From IMG/VR virus record IMGVR_UViG_3300045988_165705: a stretch of 64,000 bases of DNA. One strand, written 5' to 3'. Source of the DNA: a virus. Below, piece after piece: positions 20,384 through 29,938 of this stretch; the stretch's first letter is position 1, and each line of letters begins with the position of its first letter. The notes beneath the pieces are model-generated. The model saw only the letters and a list, made by a program, of their open reading frames with translations. It had not been told where the DNA came from and searched no databases. Both the position numbers and the translations under genes were made by a program.

Positions 20384-20977
20384 TTATTGTTCATATATCT
20401 CTGCGGCAACCGCAGTTACATTGTAGTCGGAACCATAGTTCCCGTTAAAGTCACTGATTGCCTGCTGGATAAACTTCAGAGCCTCACGCTCTTTTTTGCT
20501 GCGCACCCATGCAAAGTCTTCATTATGCAGCGCACGACCAATAGCCTCTCCGGATGGCGAGTGACCATTCCACCAACCATATACATAGTTGGATGCGTGG
20601 TATCCGTTGTTAAACAAAGCCACAATGTTGTCGATTCCGCCATAACTCGTAGCATCGTTCTCAAGAGAATCACGATGCAGGTCGCCGCCAAAATATAACG
20701 GAACCTCAAAGCCGTCTCCAATACGAATGATGCTTCCGCTGTCCATCTCGTCAATGTGCTTCATCACAGATTCAGGCAGGTCATAGCTTTTAGCCGTCAT
20801 CTGAAGAACCTGTATGAACTTTGCGGCAGCTTCCCAGCCACGCTTTTCCGGAACGATAGAATCTCCGGCGGCAGTCTTTTCTACACCGTCTCTGGTGTAT
20901 TCCGCCATCTTCTCCTGCAAACGGGCTTGCCCCTGCGGAGACTTAATCCATGCATTCAGCTTGCTTGACAAGCTCAT
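20384..20977 (-). CDS. Hypothetical protein (tail-chaperone position)
   Basis: 197-aa ORF directly upstream of the tape measure. 4-nt ATGA overlap with the upstream gene. Confidence 0.55.
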   Translation of the reverse strand: MSLSSKLNAWIKSPQGQARLQEKMAEYTRDGVEKTAAGDSIVPEKRGWEAAAKFIQVLQMTAKSYDLPESVMKHIDEMDSGSIIRIGDGFEVPLYFGGDLHRDSLENDATSYGGIDNIVALFNNGYHASNYVYGWWNGHSPSGEAIGRALHNEDFAWVRSKKEREALKFIQQAISDFNGNYGSDYNVTAVAAEIYEQ

Positions 20978-21561
20978 TCCTTATAATCCTCTCTTTGTTC
21001 AAGAAAGGCCTGTACAAGCTTCTGCTCATCCACACCGCCCTTATCAATAGCGCCAATCAGCTTCGCAACATCGCTGCCGTTTACACCGGCGAACATCTCT
21101 GAAGTCTTTTTGGAAACATCCTCAAAGGACGCCGCAAGCTGCTGCATCTGCTTCTCAATCGCCATGATATTGGTGTTGCAGATGTAGTCGATTTTCTCAT
21201 CAATCGCCCGAAGGATTTCATCAAACTGAGCAGAACTGATATGCTGGCTCACCATCGCTACGGCATCCGTGTTGTAAATAAGCGAATATTGATGCTCCAG
21301 GTTTTCAGGGAGCGTGAAGTTTGCATATCGGGTCAAGAGGTTGCTTTTAATCAGCAGGTCTTTGACCTCCGGCATATATCCCTCGTCATGAAAACAACTG
21401 GACACAACATTGTCCACAAATGCCAGCATCTGTGCAATCGAAATCGTGTGCTTGATAACGACCTCGTTACCAAACCAGTGTTCTGTTGTATCGGGAACTG
21501 TCTGTTCCTTCAGTACTTTATCAAAAGATGCAATCGAAATCTTCTTCTCTTTATTAGCCAT
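20974..21561 (-). CDS. Putative tail assembly chaperone
   Basis: Start set at MANKEKK, preceded by AGGAGG. Acidic about 195-aa protein two genes upstream of the tape measure. The call is positional only. Confidence 0.5.
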   Translation of the reverse strand: MANKEKKISIASFDKVLKEQTVPDTTEHWFGNEVVIKHTISIAQMLAFVDNVVSSCFHDEGYMPEVKDLLIKSNLLTRYANFTLPENLEHQYSLIYNTDAVAMVSQHISSAQFDEILRAIDEKIDYICNTNIMAIEKQMQQLAASFEDVSKKTSEMFAGVNGSDVAKLIGAIDKGGVDEQKLVQAFLEQREDYKE

Positions 21562-22009
21562 TGTCAGTGTCCTCCTTTTTGTTCTTGCTGCGCTTTTGCT
21601 CCTTGCGCAAAGTCTGTACGGTTTCATAGTCCAGCCAGCCGCCCCATTTTTTCACATAGGTAATCCAACGGTAGCGCACATCAGGATATGTGTGCCAAAA
21701 CAGCTTCCGTTTGATTTTGGCAACACTGTCTGGACAGCCTTTGGTATCAATCACCTCTGTATGCCCGTCGGCATACTCTATGTAGAAATCTGCCACATAG
21801 GTAATTGGCAGCACCGTCTTTCCATCGTGTGTGAACTTTGGTTGCAGTTCATATTTTTTCTGTAGTTCAAATCGAACTACCTCGCCGCTTTCCACTCCGG
21901 GACAAAGCACATCACGAAAGTATTTCATCTCAAGCTGACTGTCGAACACAATTCCTGCGAATGTTCGTTTGTCCTTATCTTTGTCAACATTGAATTTTGT
22001 TCTCGCCAT
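21554..22009 (-). CDS. DUF1064-like (RecU/PD-(D/E)XK-type) nuclease
   Basis: FDSQLEMKYFRDVL...ELQPKF...ITYVADFYIEY.DG..EVIDTKG....AKIKRKLF is the DUF1064 pattern. Start set at MARTKFNV. Confidence 0.6.
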   Translation of the reverse strand: MARTKFNVDKDKDKRTFAGIVFDSQLEMKYFRDVLCPGVESGEVVRFELQKKYELQPKFTHDGKTVLPITYVADFYIEYADGHTEVIDTKGCPDSVAKIKRKLFWHTYPDVRYRWITYVKKWGGWLDYETVQTLRKEQKRSKNKKEDTDNG

Positions 22010-22060
22010 ATCTCTCCTAATAGAAAAAGGGAGGGCGGATTGCTCCACCCTCCCGGTTGC

Positions 22061-22327
22061 TTATTCCTCTTCCACAGGTTTCTCGCCGATAGGCTCAGCA
22101 TCAACGACCACCTGTTCAACGACAGGTTCTGCGCACTTCTTGCGCTTGGTCTTCTTCTGCGGATTAACAATCCCACGAGATTCGTTAATCTTTTGCAGAT
22201 AGATTGCACCGCACTCAGGCGAGCAAGCTACTTCCTGCCAGCGAAAGACACCTGCGGCTCGATTGGCACTACGGCAGGCTTCATATTCCTTACCGCACAC
22301 CCGGCATTTCTTGACCGCAGAAGCCAT
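22061..22327 (-). CDS. Small zinc-ribbon protein
   Basis: CRVCGKEYEAC...CSPECG cysteine pairs. Lys-rich then acidic tail. ATG at 22327 preferred over the TTG at 22339. Confidence 0.5.
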   Translation of the reverse strand: MASAVKKCRVCGKEYEACRSANRAAGVFRWQEVACSPECGAIYLQKINESRGIVNPQKKTKRKKCAEPVVEQVVVDAEPIGEKPVEEE

Positions 22328-22344
22328 CTGTGTCACCAACTTTC

Positions 22345-23139
22345 TTAGGCAACATCCTCAGCGTTCGCACCGAAGATGGTATAAGTCCACAGAGCACCGC
22401 TGGTGCCGCAGGCGCCGGACAGAGACTCTGCCTCAAACGCATGAACAGTCTGGTTATCGCCCATCTCGAAGCTGAACTCGCCGTTGAAGTCAGCCTTGGG
22501 GATATAAAACTGGATACGGAACACATTGGCACACTTATCCTCAGCGAAAGCGTCAATGTACAGAGCACACTTGCCAGAGTAGTGGTCGCTCAGGTTCTCC
22601 AGAACATCGGCCTGAATCTGACGCATATAGAACACGACAATTTCAGTGCCATCGGCAATCTCACCCTCGTTAAAGGCAAGCGCCTTGCTGGTAGGATTGT
22701 AAGTGAACACACCCTCAGCGACTTCGGTGCCCTGAGTCAGCGTCTTGCCAAGAGTGCCGTCAGCATTCTTAACATAAACAGACTCAATCTCGTTGCCGGT
22801 CGTACCAACAGCCTTGTACTGTGTGGCAGCTGCGTTGCTGGCGACAGTGAGATAATCCGTCCACTTCACAGTGGTCTTCTTATTTTCAAACTCGCTACCG
22901 ACCTGCAGCTCAAGCAGGCCACCGGACACAAGACCGTTGGTGCCGCTGACGGTAACAGCCTTGTTCTTTTTCAGAGAGTTCAACTTGCGCCCCTGCTTAC
23001 CGGTAATGTCGGTCTTCTCCTGAGTCTGTGCAATGGTCGCATTCTGCAGCTCATCCAGAGTGAACTTGTAGGCGCCTGTCACGATATCAAAAGCATTGAT
23101 GGTCTCAAGGCTGGTGATAGTGATATCATTGATATTCAT
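22345..23139 (-). CDS. Putative major tail (tube) protein
   Basis: 264-aa beta-rich protein with a strong AGGAGGA RBS. It lies between the head-tail connector genes and the chaperone/tape-measure genes. Confidence 0.55.
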   Translation of the reverse strand: MNINDITITSLETINAFDIVTGAYKFTLDELQNATIAQTQEKTDITGKQGRKLNSLKKNKAVTVSGTNGLVSGGLLELQVGSEFENKKTTVKWTDYLTVASNAAATQYKAVGTTGNEIESVYVKNADGTLGKTLTQGTEVAEGVFTYNPTSKALAFNEGEIADGTEIVVFYMRQIQADVLENLSDHYSGKCALYIDAFAEDKCANVFRIQFYIPKADFNGEFSFEMGDNQTVHAFEAESLSGACGTSGALWTYTIFGANAEDVA

Positions 23140-23152
23140 ATAGACATTCCTC

Positions 23153-23869
23153 CTATTTATGGGTTAGCCAATTCCAATCGTCTTGGCTTAGGTCTTTTGC
23201 GCTGACTGTGCCAGCATAGATGCCGTGCATCTTGTTGTCATAGTCGATTTTCTTGATAATCTGTCGCACGCTTTCATTGAACTGATAGATTGAGAGTTCT
23301 CGTGTCCCCTCAAATCCATAGTGATACTGTTCCGTATTGACGAGCGCAACAATCAGCTCTTCAAGTTGAGAAGCGTTTTCTCGGTTGCGCTGTCTGCGCA
23401 TTTTTTTGCGTGCGCGTTCAATCATGTATTCTTTGGCTTCACCGTTAGCTGGTTTACGATTGTCCTTCTCAAGATGGTGAATTTTCCTGAGCGCACCAGC
23501 AATCTGTGCGTGAATAGCCCGGTCGATAACTACCCCTGAGCCTTCATCGACCAACACAATGTTTCCGTTCTGCTCGTTTACGGCAGTCTGGAATCGCTTC
23601 AAATCAAGGTCTGCAAAAACAAGAGAGGTATCTTGTTCTTTCAGGGTGCCGACCAAAAGAAGGAAAAGGTCATATTCATCAATGGTGGTAAAGTCGATTC
23701 CGATATCATCAAGCTGAACCATCATATCAATCGGCATAGCCGTCAGCATCGCTACAATGCTGTAGTATCCGTCTTCACATTCCAGGATTTCTCCAACCGT
23801 TGGAATCTTGATGTGAATAGCATCATTGATGTCGTACTCACGCCGATAAAGCATATTTCTTGTACGCAT
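23153..23869 (-). CDS. Hypothetical morphogenesis-module protein
   Basis: 238-aa ORF packed between connector-sized genes and the tail tube gene. Confidence 0.55.
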   Translation of the reverse strand: MRTRNMLYRREYDINDAIHIKIPTVGEILECEDGYYSIVAMLTAMPIDMMVQLDDIGIDFTTIDEYDLFLLLVGTLKEQDTSLVFADLDLKRFQTAVNEQNGNIVLVDEGSGVVIDRAIHAQIAGALRKIHHLEKDNRKPANGEAKEYMIERARKKMRRQRNRENASQLEELIVALVNTEQYHYGFEGTRELSIYQFNESVRQIIKKIDYDNKMHGIYAGTVSAKDLSQDDWNWLTHK

Positions 23870-24379
23870 TTATCCGGTCTTCCTGTTGGATGGAACGGGC
23901 TTGCCTGTGGGCGATACCCGATTGAAATCCTTTGCCTGGAATGTCATAACCTTTCCCTGATAATCCGTCACCGGAGCGAACCTTTTTACTGCGTATAAAT
24001 CCATCTCGCCAAGCCCGTAGTATCTGCTTCCGTTTACCGCTTTGGCGATTTCAGAACACAGCCTGTCCACTCTGACGCCGCCCTTTGGCAGCTTCATCTT
24101 GCTTTTATGGGTAAAGACCCAAACATACAGGACAGGAATTAAAAAGGTTTTGTTCAGCGACTTTTGTACATCCACATCACAGCAGATAAAGGTCTGACCA
24201 TGCTCAATGGTGTCCGGTACATATTCAAAGGGGAATACCTGTGAACATACAAACCTCTCCGGTTGGTCGCTGTCTTTGTAGTTGTCGTCCAGAAGACGAA
24301 TGATTTCTGCGTTTGTCAGCAGGTCATCCATCAGCTGGTTCTTATAGTCGTAAAACTCTTCAAGTTGCATCAGAACCAC
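23870..24379 (-). CDS. Hypothetical head-tail joining region protein
   Basis: 169-aa ORF abutting its neighbours with no gap. Confidence 0.55.
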   Translation of the reverse strand: MVLMQLEEFYDYKNQLMDDLLTNAEIIRLLDDNYKDSDQPERFVCSQVFPFEYVPDTIEHGQTFICCDVDVQKSLNKTFLIPVLYVWVFTHKSKMKLPKGGVRVDRLCSEIAKAVNGSRYYGLGEMDLYAVKRFAPVTDYQGKVMTFQAKDFNRVSPTGKPVPSNRKTG

Positions 24380-25149
24380 ACCTTCTTTCCGCCGGTGGTG
24401 TCACCGCCCGGTGTTTCTCCGCCGTCTTTGCCGGGTTCATCAGGCGTACTGTCCTGCCCGTCTCTCGGGAAGTACTTGTAATAGTTGGCAATGTGCAGTT
24501 CAAAGTTATCGGTGTCCTCGGTATTGCATTCGGTCAGAACATAATTTAAGACACCGCTCCCATTGAAGCTCCCGCCGAGCTTAAACGGCTTTGTCAGACG
24601 ATAGGCAAGAATGTCATGAGTGTCGTAGTCATCAATCAAGAACCGACTTTCGCGGTTCAACTGAATGGAGTACTCATCCTTCGCAATCGTCAAGGATACT
24701 CTGGAATCACCGCGAACGACAATGTATTCGTTGTCTCCGTATTCACCGGTCAGATATTTTGTTCCATCGGTGATGATACACCATCGTTCAACAATCGTTC
24801 CATCCGCCGCTACCCAACGCAACAGATAATTGCACTGCTGCATAGTGCCTTTGGCGTACAGTCCGTTGTTAGCATCCTTTTCTGTGATAAGCCAATAGTT
24901 GTCCATCCAATGCACAAGGCCGCCGTGCGGCAAATCCTCTCCCGGCATTGTACACAGCGTTTTCATATTCAGATTGTCCGAATTGATAACTGCTAACTCT
25001 CGTGGCTGCCCATTGATAGTCAGCTTGTGGTAGGACAGACTCGAAGGAAGCTTTGCGTTCAAAAAGGCACACTCTCTACGCTTTACGGCATCCCTTTTGT
25101 TTGTGCCGTTCGCTGCCATTCTGGCCTGATAAGTACTCCAGGGATTCAT
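24370..25149 (-). CDS. Hypothetical head-tail joining region protein
   Basis: Start moved to MNPWSTYQ (AGGAGGTGTCGTA-ATG), which shares one base with the TAA stop of the upstream gene (TAATG). Confidence 0.55.
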   Translation of the reverse strand: MNPWSTYQARMAANGTNKRDAVKRRECAFLNAKLPSSLSYHKLTINGQPRELAVINSDNLNMKTLCTMPGEDLPHGGLVHWMDNYWLITEKDANNGLYAKGTMQQCNYLLRWVAADGTIVERWCIITDGTKYLTGEYGDNEYIVVRGDSRVSLTIAKDEYSIQLNRESRFLIDDYDTHDILAYRLTKPFKLGGSFNGSGVLNYVLTECNTEDTDNFELHIANYYKYFPRDGQDSTPDEPGKDGGETPGGDTTGGKKVWF

Positions 25150-25493
25150 TACGACACCTCCTGCTGTATGGCGTACCTCGCTTTCAGCTTGTTGCAAATC
25201 GAAATGGCGCGAAACACCTCTCGCTTTACAACGCTTACTTCGCATTCGGGCGTATCAATCAGGTATTGCAAAATTGCAATCAATGACAGAAGAAGCGGGT
25301 CGTCGTGAATTGCTTCGATAAGCTCCTTACACCCAAGCAGTTCCGCCTGGAGACTTCTCATATAAACTTCCAATGAACTTTCTCCGCTTTCCTTAATAGG
25401 AAGAATCTTAAAGAAAAGATTTACGAGGGTGCGGAAATAGTTGTTCAGCATCGTGGCGTCCATCGGCACGCCTACCGTGGTCTGAATCATCAT
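25149..25493 (-). CDS. Hypothetical connector-sized protein
   Basis: 114-aa ORF, overlap-coupled on both sides. Confidence 0.55.
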   Translation of the reverse strand: MMIQTTVGVPMDATMLNNYFRTLVNLFFKILPIKESGESSLEVYMRSLQAELLGCKELIEAIHDDPLLLSLIAILQYLIDTPECEVSVVKREVFRAISICNKLKARYAIQQEVS

Positions 25494-25939
25494 ATATGCA
25501 AGTCCGTCAAATCCCCGTGGTTGTACGAATACTCCCTCATCATATTCGTAAAATCCTTTTGAGCTGCTTTGTATGCGTTTCCAATCCGCATCAGCAGTTC
25601 GGCGGGGGAATAGGTGGTAAAGTCTCTTGTGTTCAAAACGCTTTCAAGACTTTCCTGCCTGTATGTAAAAGGTTTCATCCACTGTACCAGCATACCTTCG
25701 GAAATAATATCCGCCAGCTCATCCAAATCCCCATCGGCAATGTCGATATCAAACTCACGGATGACATCATCGCCGGTAGTCGAAAGGTCGTACTTGCAGA
25801 TTTTTCTGAAAGCTGCGATGGCTCGCTTCATGTAACCGTCAATCAATGAGTTGCGCTCAAATACACGCATATTGACGAAATCGAATTCTGATACTTTAGA
25901 GAGGAACGCACCCGTGAACACATCATAAGAAACACTCAT
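25490..25939 (-). CDS. Hypothetical connector-sized protein
   Basis: 149-aa ORF downstream of the capsid block. The size and position are those of a head-tail adaptor. Confidence 0.55.
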   Translation of the reverse strand: MSVSYDVFTGAFLSKVSEFDFVNMRVFERNSLIDGYMKRAIAAFRKICKYDLSTTGDDVIREFDIDIADGDLDELADIISEGMLVQWMKPFTYRQESLESVLNTRDFTTYSPAELLMRIGNAYKAAQKDFTNMMREYSYNHGDLTDLHI

Positions 25940-25955
25940 CCGCCGTCACGCTCCT

Positions 25956-26519
25956 TTATCGTTCCACCAGCTCAACACCAAGACATTTCTCCAATGTGTT
26001 AATCACCCGGTTTGAATCGATTTCCTCCTCTGCGATAAGCTGCTTGGCACGATACGCCACAGACTTCCGCTGCCCCTCCGAGAGCTTGGAAATAATATCC
26101 TCAATCTCGCCAACGGGCTTCTTGAACAACTGGTCGAAATCCTGAATGTTCAAGGAGTTTTTGTAATACTGTCTCATGCCGAGATAGTCGATAACCCAGT
26201 CTTCATCAAACATGAACCAGTTGTTGATGAAATATTTCTTGTTGGAGTTCCTTGCGTTTTTCAGTTCGCTCAACTCCATATCCTGCTCTGCTCCAAAAGA
26301 CTCCCAGCTCCAGCGCTCGCCGGTGCGCTTGCTCTTATAGACAAGTCGCCCCTGGAAGCCATTGCGAACAGTGATAATCTGATTGGGGTCAATCTCCTTC
26401 GGCACCACAGGCTTTTTTGTGGTTTCAGAGACTTCCGCAGCAGGCCGCTCTGCGGCGGTGCTTGTGCCCTCTGCCGGACTGCGGCGTGTTCTGGGCTTGC
26501 TTACTGTTTCGTTAGACAT
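25956..26519 (-). CDS. Hypothetical protein with basic disordered N-terminus
   Basis: 187-aa ORF. The first about 45 aa are rich in Pro/Ala/Thr/Arg. Confidence 0.55.
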   Translation of the reverse strand: MSNETVSKPRTRRSPAEGTSTAAERPAAEVSETTKKPVVPKEIDPNQIITVRNGFQGRLVYKSKRTGERWSWESFGAEQDMELSELKNARNSNKKYFINNWFMFDEDWVIDYLGMRQYYKNSLNIQDFDQLFKKPVGEIEDIISKLSEGQRKSVAYRAKQLIAEEEIDSNRVINTLEKCLGVELVER

Positions 26520-26542
26520 AATATCTCCCTTTCATACATAAT

Positions 26543-26565
26543 GCGGGGCTCACAAGGAGCCCCGC
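26543..26565 (-). terminator. Hairpin downstream of the major capsid gene
   Basis: Stem GCGGGGCTC/GAGCCCCGC with a 5-nt loop in the 66-nt gap after the capsid stop. This is a typical partial terminator after a highly expressed capsid gene. Confidence 0.45.
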
Positions 26566-26585
26566 TTTTGTCTGCTGTTTGTCCG

Positions 26586-27599
26586 TTAGGCGATTTCGTA
26601 ACGACCAATACCGGCGTTGCCGCCAGCAAGGACGATACCCATGCCGTACTTCTCGCCATACAGGTACTCCTGAGTCAGGTCACCGTTGGCGGTAGGCTCA
26701 CCCATGATAACAATGGGGTCGCCTTCGTACACGCACTTGATGGGCTTGTCGTCACCGGCGATAATGGTCAGCATATCGTCTGCCAGCACGAAGTCGGTAG
26801 AGCCGACCTTATGACGCTGGGGTGCCACCACGACAGGAGTGCCGTAGAACTTACCGGCATAGCCCATGTTGTACAGGTCTTCCTTAGCCTTGTCACCCAT
26901 AGGAGTGACATCCAGGTTGCGGATGGCCTTCTTGGTGCCGATAATGGTAGCAGCCTTGCCGCCGGCAGCAGCCTCGACATGAGCAATCAGGTCGAGCAGC
27001 TCGTCCTCATCGTAAGCACCGGCAGCGGGGAAATAGGTCACGCCGCCAAAGTCCTGCGCAGATGCATTGCTCCACAGAGCATACACATCGTTGAGCAGCT
27101 TCTGACGGAAGGACTCAGCCACCTTGTTGATAAAGTGGTTAAAGTCAACACGACCGGAAAGCACACGGTTGAGTTCTTCGTAAATCTTCACAACCTTCAG
27201 TGAAGTGGGAATAGACACTTCGCTGAAGCCGCCAAGACGCTGACGACGGATGCCCTGAGTGCCGTCCGCTGCCTCGGATACGATGAACAGGGTGCTGTCC
27301 TCCACCTCAAAGAGGTTCTTATCGCCCTCGGCAACATTGCGGAAGTCAACCAGTGCGTTAAAATACTCATCGCCCTGCAGACCTTCCACGACGGTGCGAC
27401 TGAGGACTTCCTCAATCAGGGTGAACAGACCGCTGCACTTGCCGTCACGGATGTTCTTGTAATTCAAAGTTGTGCTGCCGCCATTGGCCTCAATCAGAGC
27501 CTTCTGCAAAAGCTCCATAGACTGACCAACGGAATACTGCTCAACATTGCCGTGATAAGCATCGACGGCAATCTTGATGATATCTTTCATTTCAGCCAT
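26586..27599 (-). CDS. Major capsid protein
   Basis: 337 aa with a very strong RBS (GGGAGGAG). It lies downstream of the portal-protease/scaffold block and is followed by a hairpin. Composition and length are typical of a major head protein. Confidence 0.75.
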   Translation of the reverse strand: MAEMKDIIKIAVDAYHGNVEQYSVGQSMELLQKALIEANGGSTTLNYKNIRDGKCSGLFTLIEEVLSRTVVEGLQGDEYFNALVDFRNVAEGDKNLFEVEDSTLFIVSEAADGTQGIRRQRLGGFSEVSIPTSLKVVKIYEELNRVLSGRVDFNHFINKVAESFRQKLLNDVYALWSNASAQDFGGVTYFPAAGAYDEDELLDLIAHVEAAAGGKAATIIGTKKAIRNLDVTPMGDKAKEDLYNMGYAGKFYGTPVVVAPQRHKVGSTDFVLADDMLTIIAGDDKPIKCVYEGDPIVIMGEPTANGDLTQEYLYGEKYGMGIVLAGGNAGIGRYEIA

Positions 27600-27620
27600 A
27601 GTTATTCTCCTCCCTTCAAA

Positions 27621-28127
27621 TTAACCACCAACGGTCTCGGTCTTACCAAGCTTGATGACATAGTAGGTGTAACGACCGGCGACCTCGATATCTGCGCAGA
27701 CACCAAGCCCGGTAGCAGCAGCATCAATCTTGCCACCAGTACCAATGCCGACCTTGGCGCCCTTGGTGGGAACAGTACCGCCCACAAAACCCTCTTTGGT
27801 CACGGAGAAAATGTTGCGGCTGCGGGGGATATAACCACGCACTGCTTTACCGGCCTCGTTGATATACTCATCGAGGTTCTTCTTGCGCTCATCGTACATA
27901 ACCTCAACGCCAGCAACGATAGCGCACTCATTCAGGTCATCGCTTGCGGTAGCAGCGATAGCCTTCATCACCTCGCGCTCACCGTCTTCATAGCCCCGAA
28001 GCTTGACGATGACGCCGTTTTCAACCTCGGCGGGCTGACCGTCCGCACCATAAAAGCGCAGAGAAACAAGGTCAGCAGGCTGTTTGGTACCGCTCATCAA
28101 ATCGGTACGGATAACTGTATAAGCCAT
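27621..28127 (-). CDS. Hypothetical head protein (decoration/scaffold position)
   Basis: 168-aa ORF between the protease/scaffold gene and the capsid gene. Confidence 0.55.
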   Translation of the reverse strand: MAYTVIRTDLMSGTKQPADLVSLRFYGADGQPAEVENGVIVKLRGYEDGEREVMKAIAATASDDLNECAIVAGVEVMYDERKKNLDEYINEAGKAVRGYIPRSRNIFSVTKEGFVGGTVPTKGAKVGIGTGGKIDAAATGLGVCADIEVAGRYTYYVIKLGKTETVGG

Positions 28128-28151
28128 AATCGACTCCTCCTTGTTATTTAT

Positions 28152-29678
28152 TTAATTGTGCTGATTGGGCTTGGAAAAGCCATACTCAGCAAACGCACCG
28201 CCATAAGGCTCCTGCGTCGGTTCTGTTCGCTGGATGGGCAGTTTGGGGGCTTTGGGTTCATAAGAGAACTTTGCGGTCACGCCGCTTCTGCCACGGATTG
28301 CGTAGCATTTTTCCTCCAAAACATCTGCCGTGTAGTCCATGCAGTGCTCACGCAGATTTTCAAATGCCTCGACGCCGACCAAGTCTTCAAACTGAGCGAA
28401 GACTTCATCCCGCTCGCCCTTGGCAATGGCGTTCTCGGTGTCTGTCTTAAACTGGCGCAAAGTGCCAAGCTCGTTCTCCATAGACGAAATCGTGTCGGAG
28501 GCGGTCTGGTACTTCTCCGCCCACTGAGCATCATTTGCGGTGTACTTCTCAGTAACCTTTGCAAACATACCGCTGATGGGGTCAGCCTGCCCGCCCTCGT
28601 CAAACGGGACAAGTGCAAGCTTCATGCGTTTCTTACCGGCAAAATCAATGACCACATGGTCGCCATCCATTGAGTAAGGAAAACCGTAAAGATTCCAGTC
28701 CGTGACATCGGTTGCGTACACTTCAGACGCATCCCGGTCATAGTCCCAGAACCAATAATGAGAATCCATGCCCCAGCAGGTCTCAACCTTTTCTGCCTCC
28801 AGAGCGCCAAACAGCTCCTGACGGAACTGGCTCTCCAGGGCGAAGTTTTCAGCACCTTTCTCGGGTTCTGCTGCGGGAGCAGCGGTGGCGGGTTTCAACT
28901 CTTCAAACTTAGCCCGAAGCTCTTCCACAGAAAACTCCTCAATGTTGAAGTCAAGCATATCGGCAGTCAGGCCGAATTCTGCCATCAGTGCAACTTTCTG
29001 TTCCAATACCTCTTCTCCTCCTTCCGAATAATTTTGTGGGTGTATGCCAACCTCTTGCGAGGGTTGTGCTGTAGTAAACGAATCCTTGAATTCTCGCATC
29101 ATCATTGCAAGCTGCTGTTTGAAATCATCACATGAGAACATCTCCAGCGATGCTGATTCATAGCACGGCTTTGCCGTACCCAAGAGGCAGAAGGCAGTAA
29201 ACTCAAATCGGTCGATAACATATACGCCATCGACCATTCCGCCCTCTTTCACGGTAATCTCCATGGACTCATCCGTGATGCCGTCGTCTTTGATTTTGCG
29301 GTATGCTTCCTGCCGTTTCCAGATAAGCGCATCCACGCAGAGGTATTCGTGCAGGCCGGAGTCATCTTCAATTTCCTCCCACCAATACTTTGCGCTTTCA
29401 GGAATCACACCTACCGGCTGCGTGATATTCACAATCCGCATTCCATTATCGTCAGAGACAAGCTCCATATCATGTGACCCGATGGTATCTGATTCCCTGT
29501 CGTAGTTGCACACAATAGGACAGTTATAGATACTCGGCATACATCGTTCAAAGGTTTCCTTGCTGATGAAGCTGTTATTGCGGTTTTTCCCGGTGTACGC
29601 TACACGGAGAACGCCGCTGTCAAAAGACGAATTGCGTTCAACAAGATTGCGTATCCCGGAAGAGAACACGATACTCAT
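28152..29678 (-). CDS. Putative prohead protease / scaffold fusion
   Basis: The N-terminal about 190 aa (FETFERCMPSIYNCPIVCNYD...TIGSHD) resemble prohead protease domains. The C-terminal half is an acidic coiled region like a scaffold. It sits between portal and capsid genes. Start is uncertain (29678 or 29708). Confidence 0.5.
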   Translation of the reverse strand: MSIVFSSGIRNLVERNSSFDSGVLRVAYTGKNRNNSFISKETFERCMPSIYNCPIVCNYDRESDTIGSHDMELVSDDNGMRIVNITQPVGVIPESAKYWWEEIEDDSGLHEYLCVDALIWKRQEAYRKIKDDGITDESMEITVKEGGMVDGVYVIDRFEFTAFCLLGTAKPCYESASLEMFSCDDFKQQLAMMMREFKDSFTTAQPSQEVGIHPQNYSEGGEEVLEQKVALMAEFGLTADMLDFNIEEFSVEELRAKFEELKPATAAPAAEPEKGAENFALESQFRQELFGALEAEKVETCWGMDSHYWFWDYDRDASEVYATDVTDWNLYGFPYSMDGDHVVIDFAGKKRMKLALVPFDEGGQADPISGMFAKVTEKYTANDAQWAEKYQTASDTISSMENELGTLRQFKTDTENAIAKGERDEVFAQFEDLVGVEAFENLREHCMDYTADVLEEKCYAIRGRSGVTAKFSYEPKAPKLPIQRTEPTQEPYGGAFAEYGFSKPNQHN

Positions 29679-29747
29679 GTTTCTCTCGCCCATATCACAG
29701 TTCACCACCTTTGGCTAAAATAAATCCACGCTTTATGCAAGCGTGGG

Positions 29748-29930
29748 TCAGAATGTCAGTGTGTCTGACAGTACATATCGAATATCCTCGTCTTCAAAAT
29801 TCAGATTGCCTGTATTCAAAAACACAAAGATATGTTTCTCGTTATTTTGCCCCATCATTTCACATCCTCTGGACAGCAACTGGTCACGAGTTTTTTCGTC
29901 AAACACATAAATGAAATTCTCCATATACAT
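29748..29930 (-). CDS. Hypothetical small protein
   Basis: 60-aa ORF filling the portal-protease gap. Confidence 0.4.
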   Translation of the reverse strand: MYMENFIYVFDEKTRDQLLSRGCEMMGQNNEKHIFVFLNTGNLNFEDEDIRYVLSDTLTF

Positions 29931-29938
29931 ACCTCCGA

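Noticed and set aside
20974-20977. Programmed -1 frameshift between the two chaperone-position genes
   Set aside because: The junction is a simple ATGA stop/start overlap. No slippery heptamer (XXXYYYZ) was noticed near the end of the upstream ORF.
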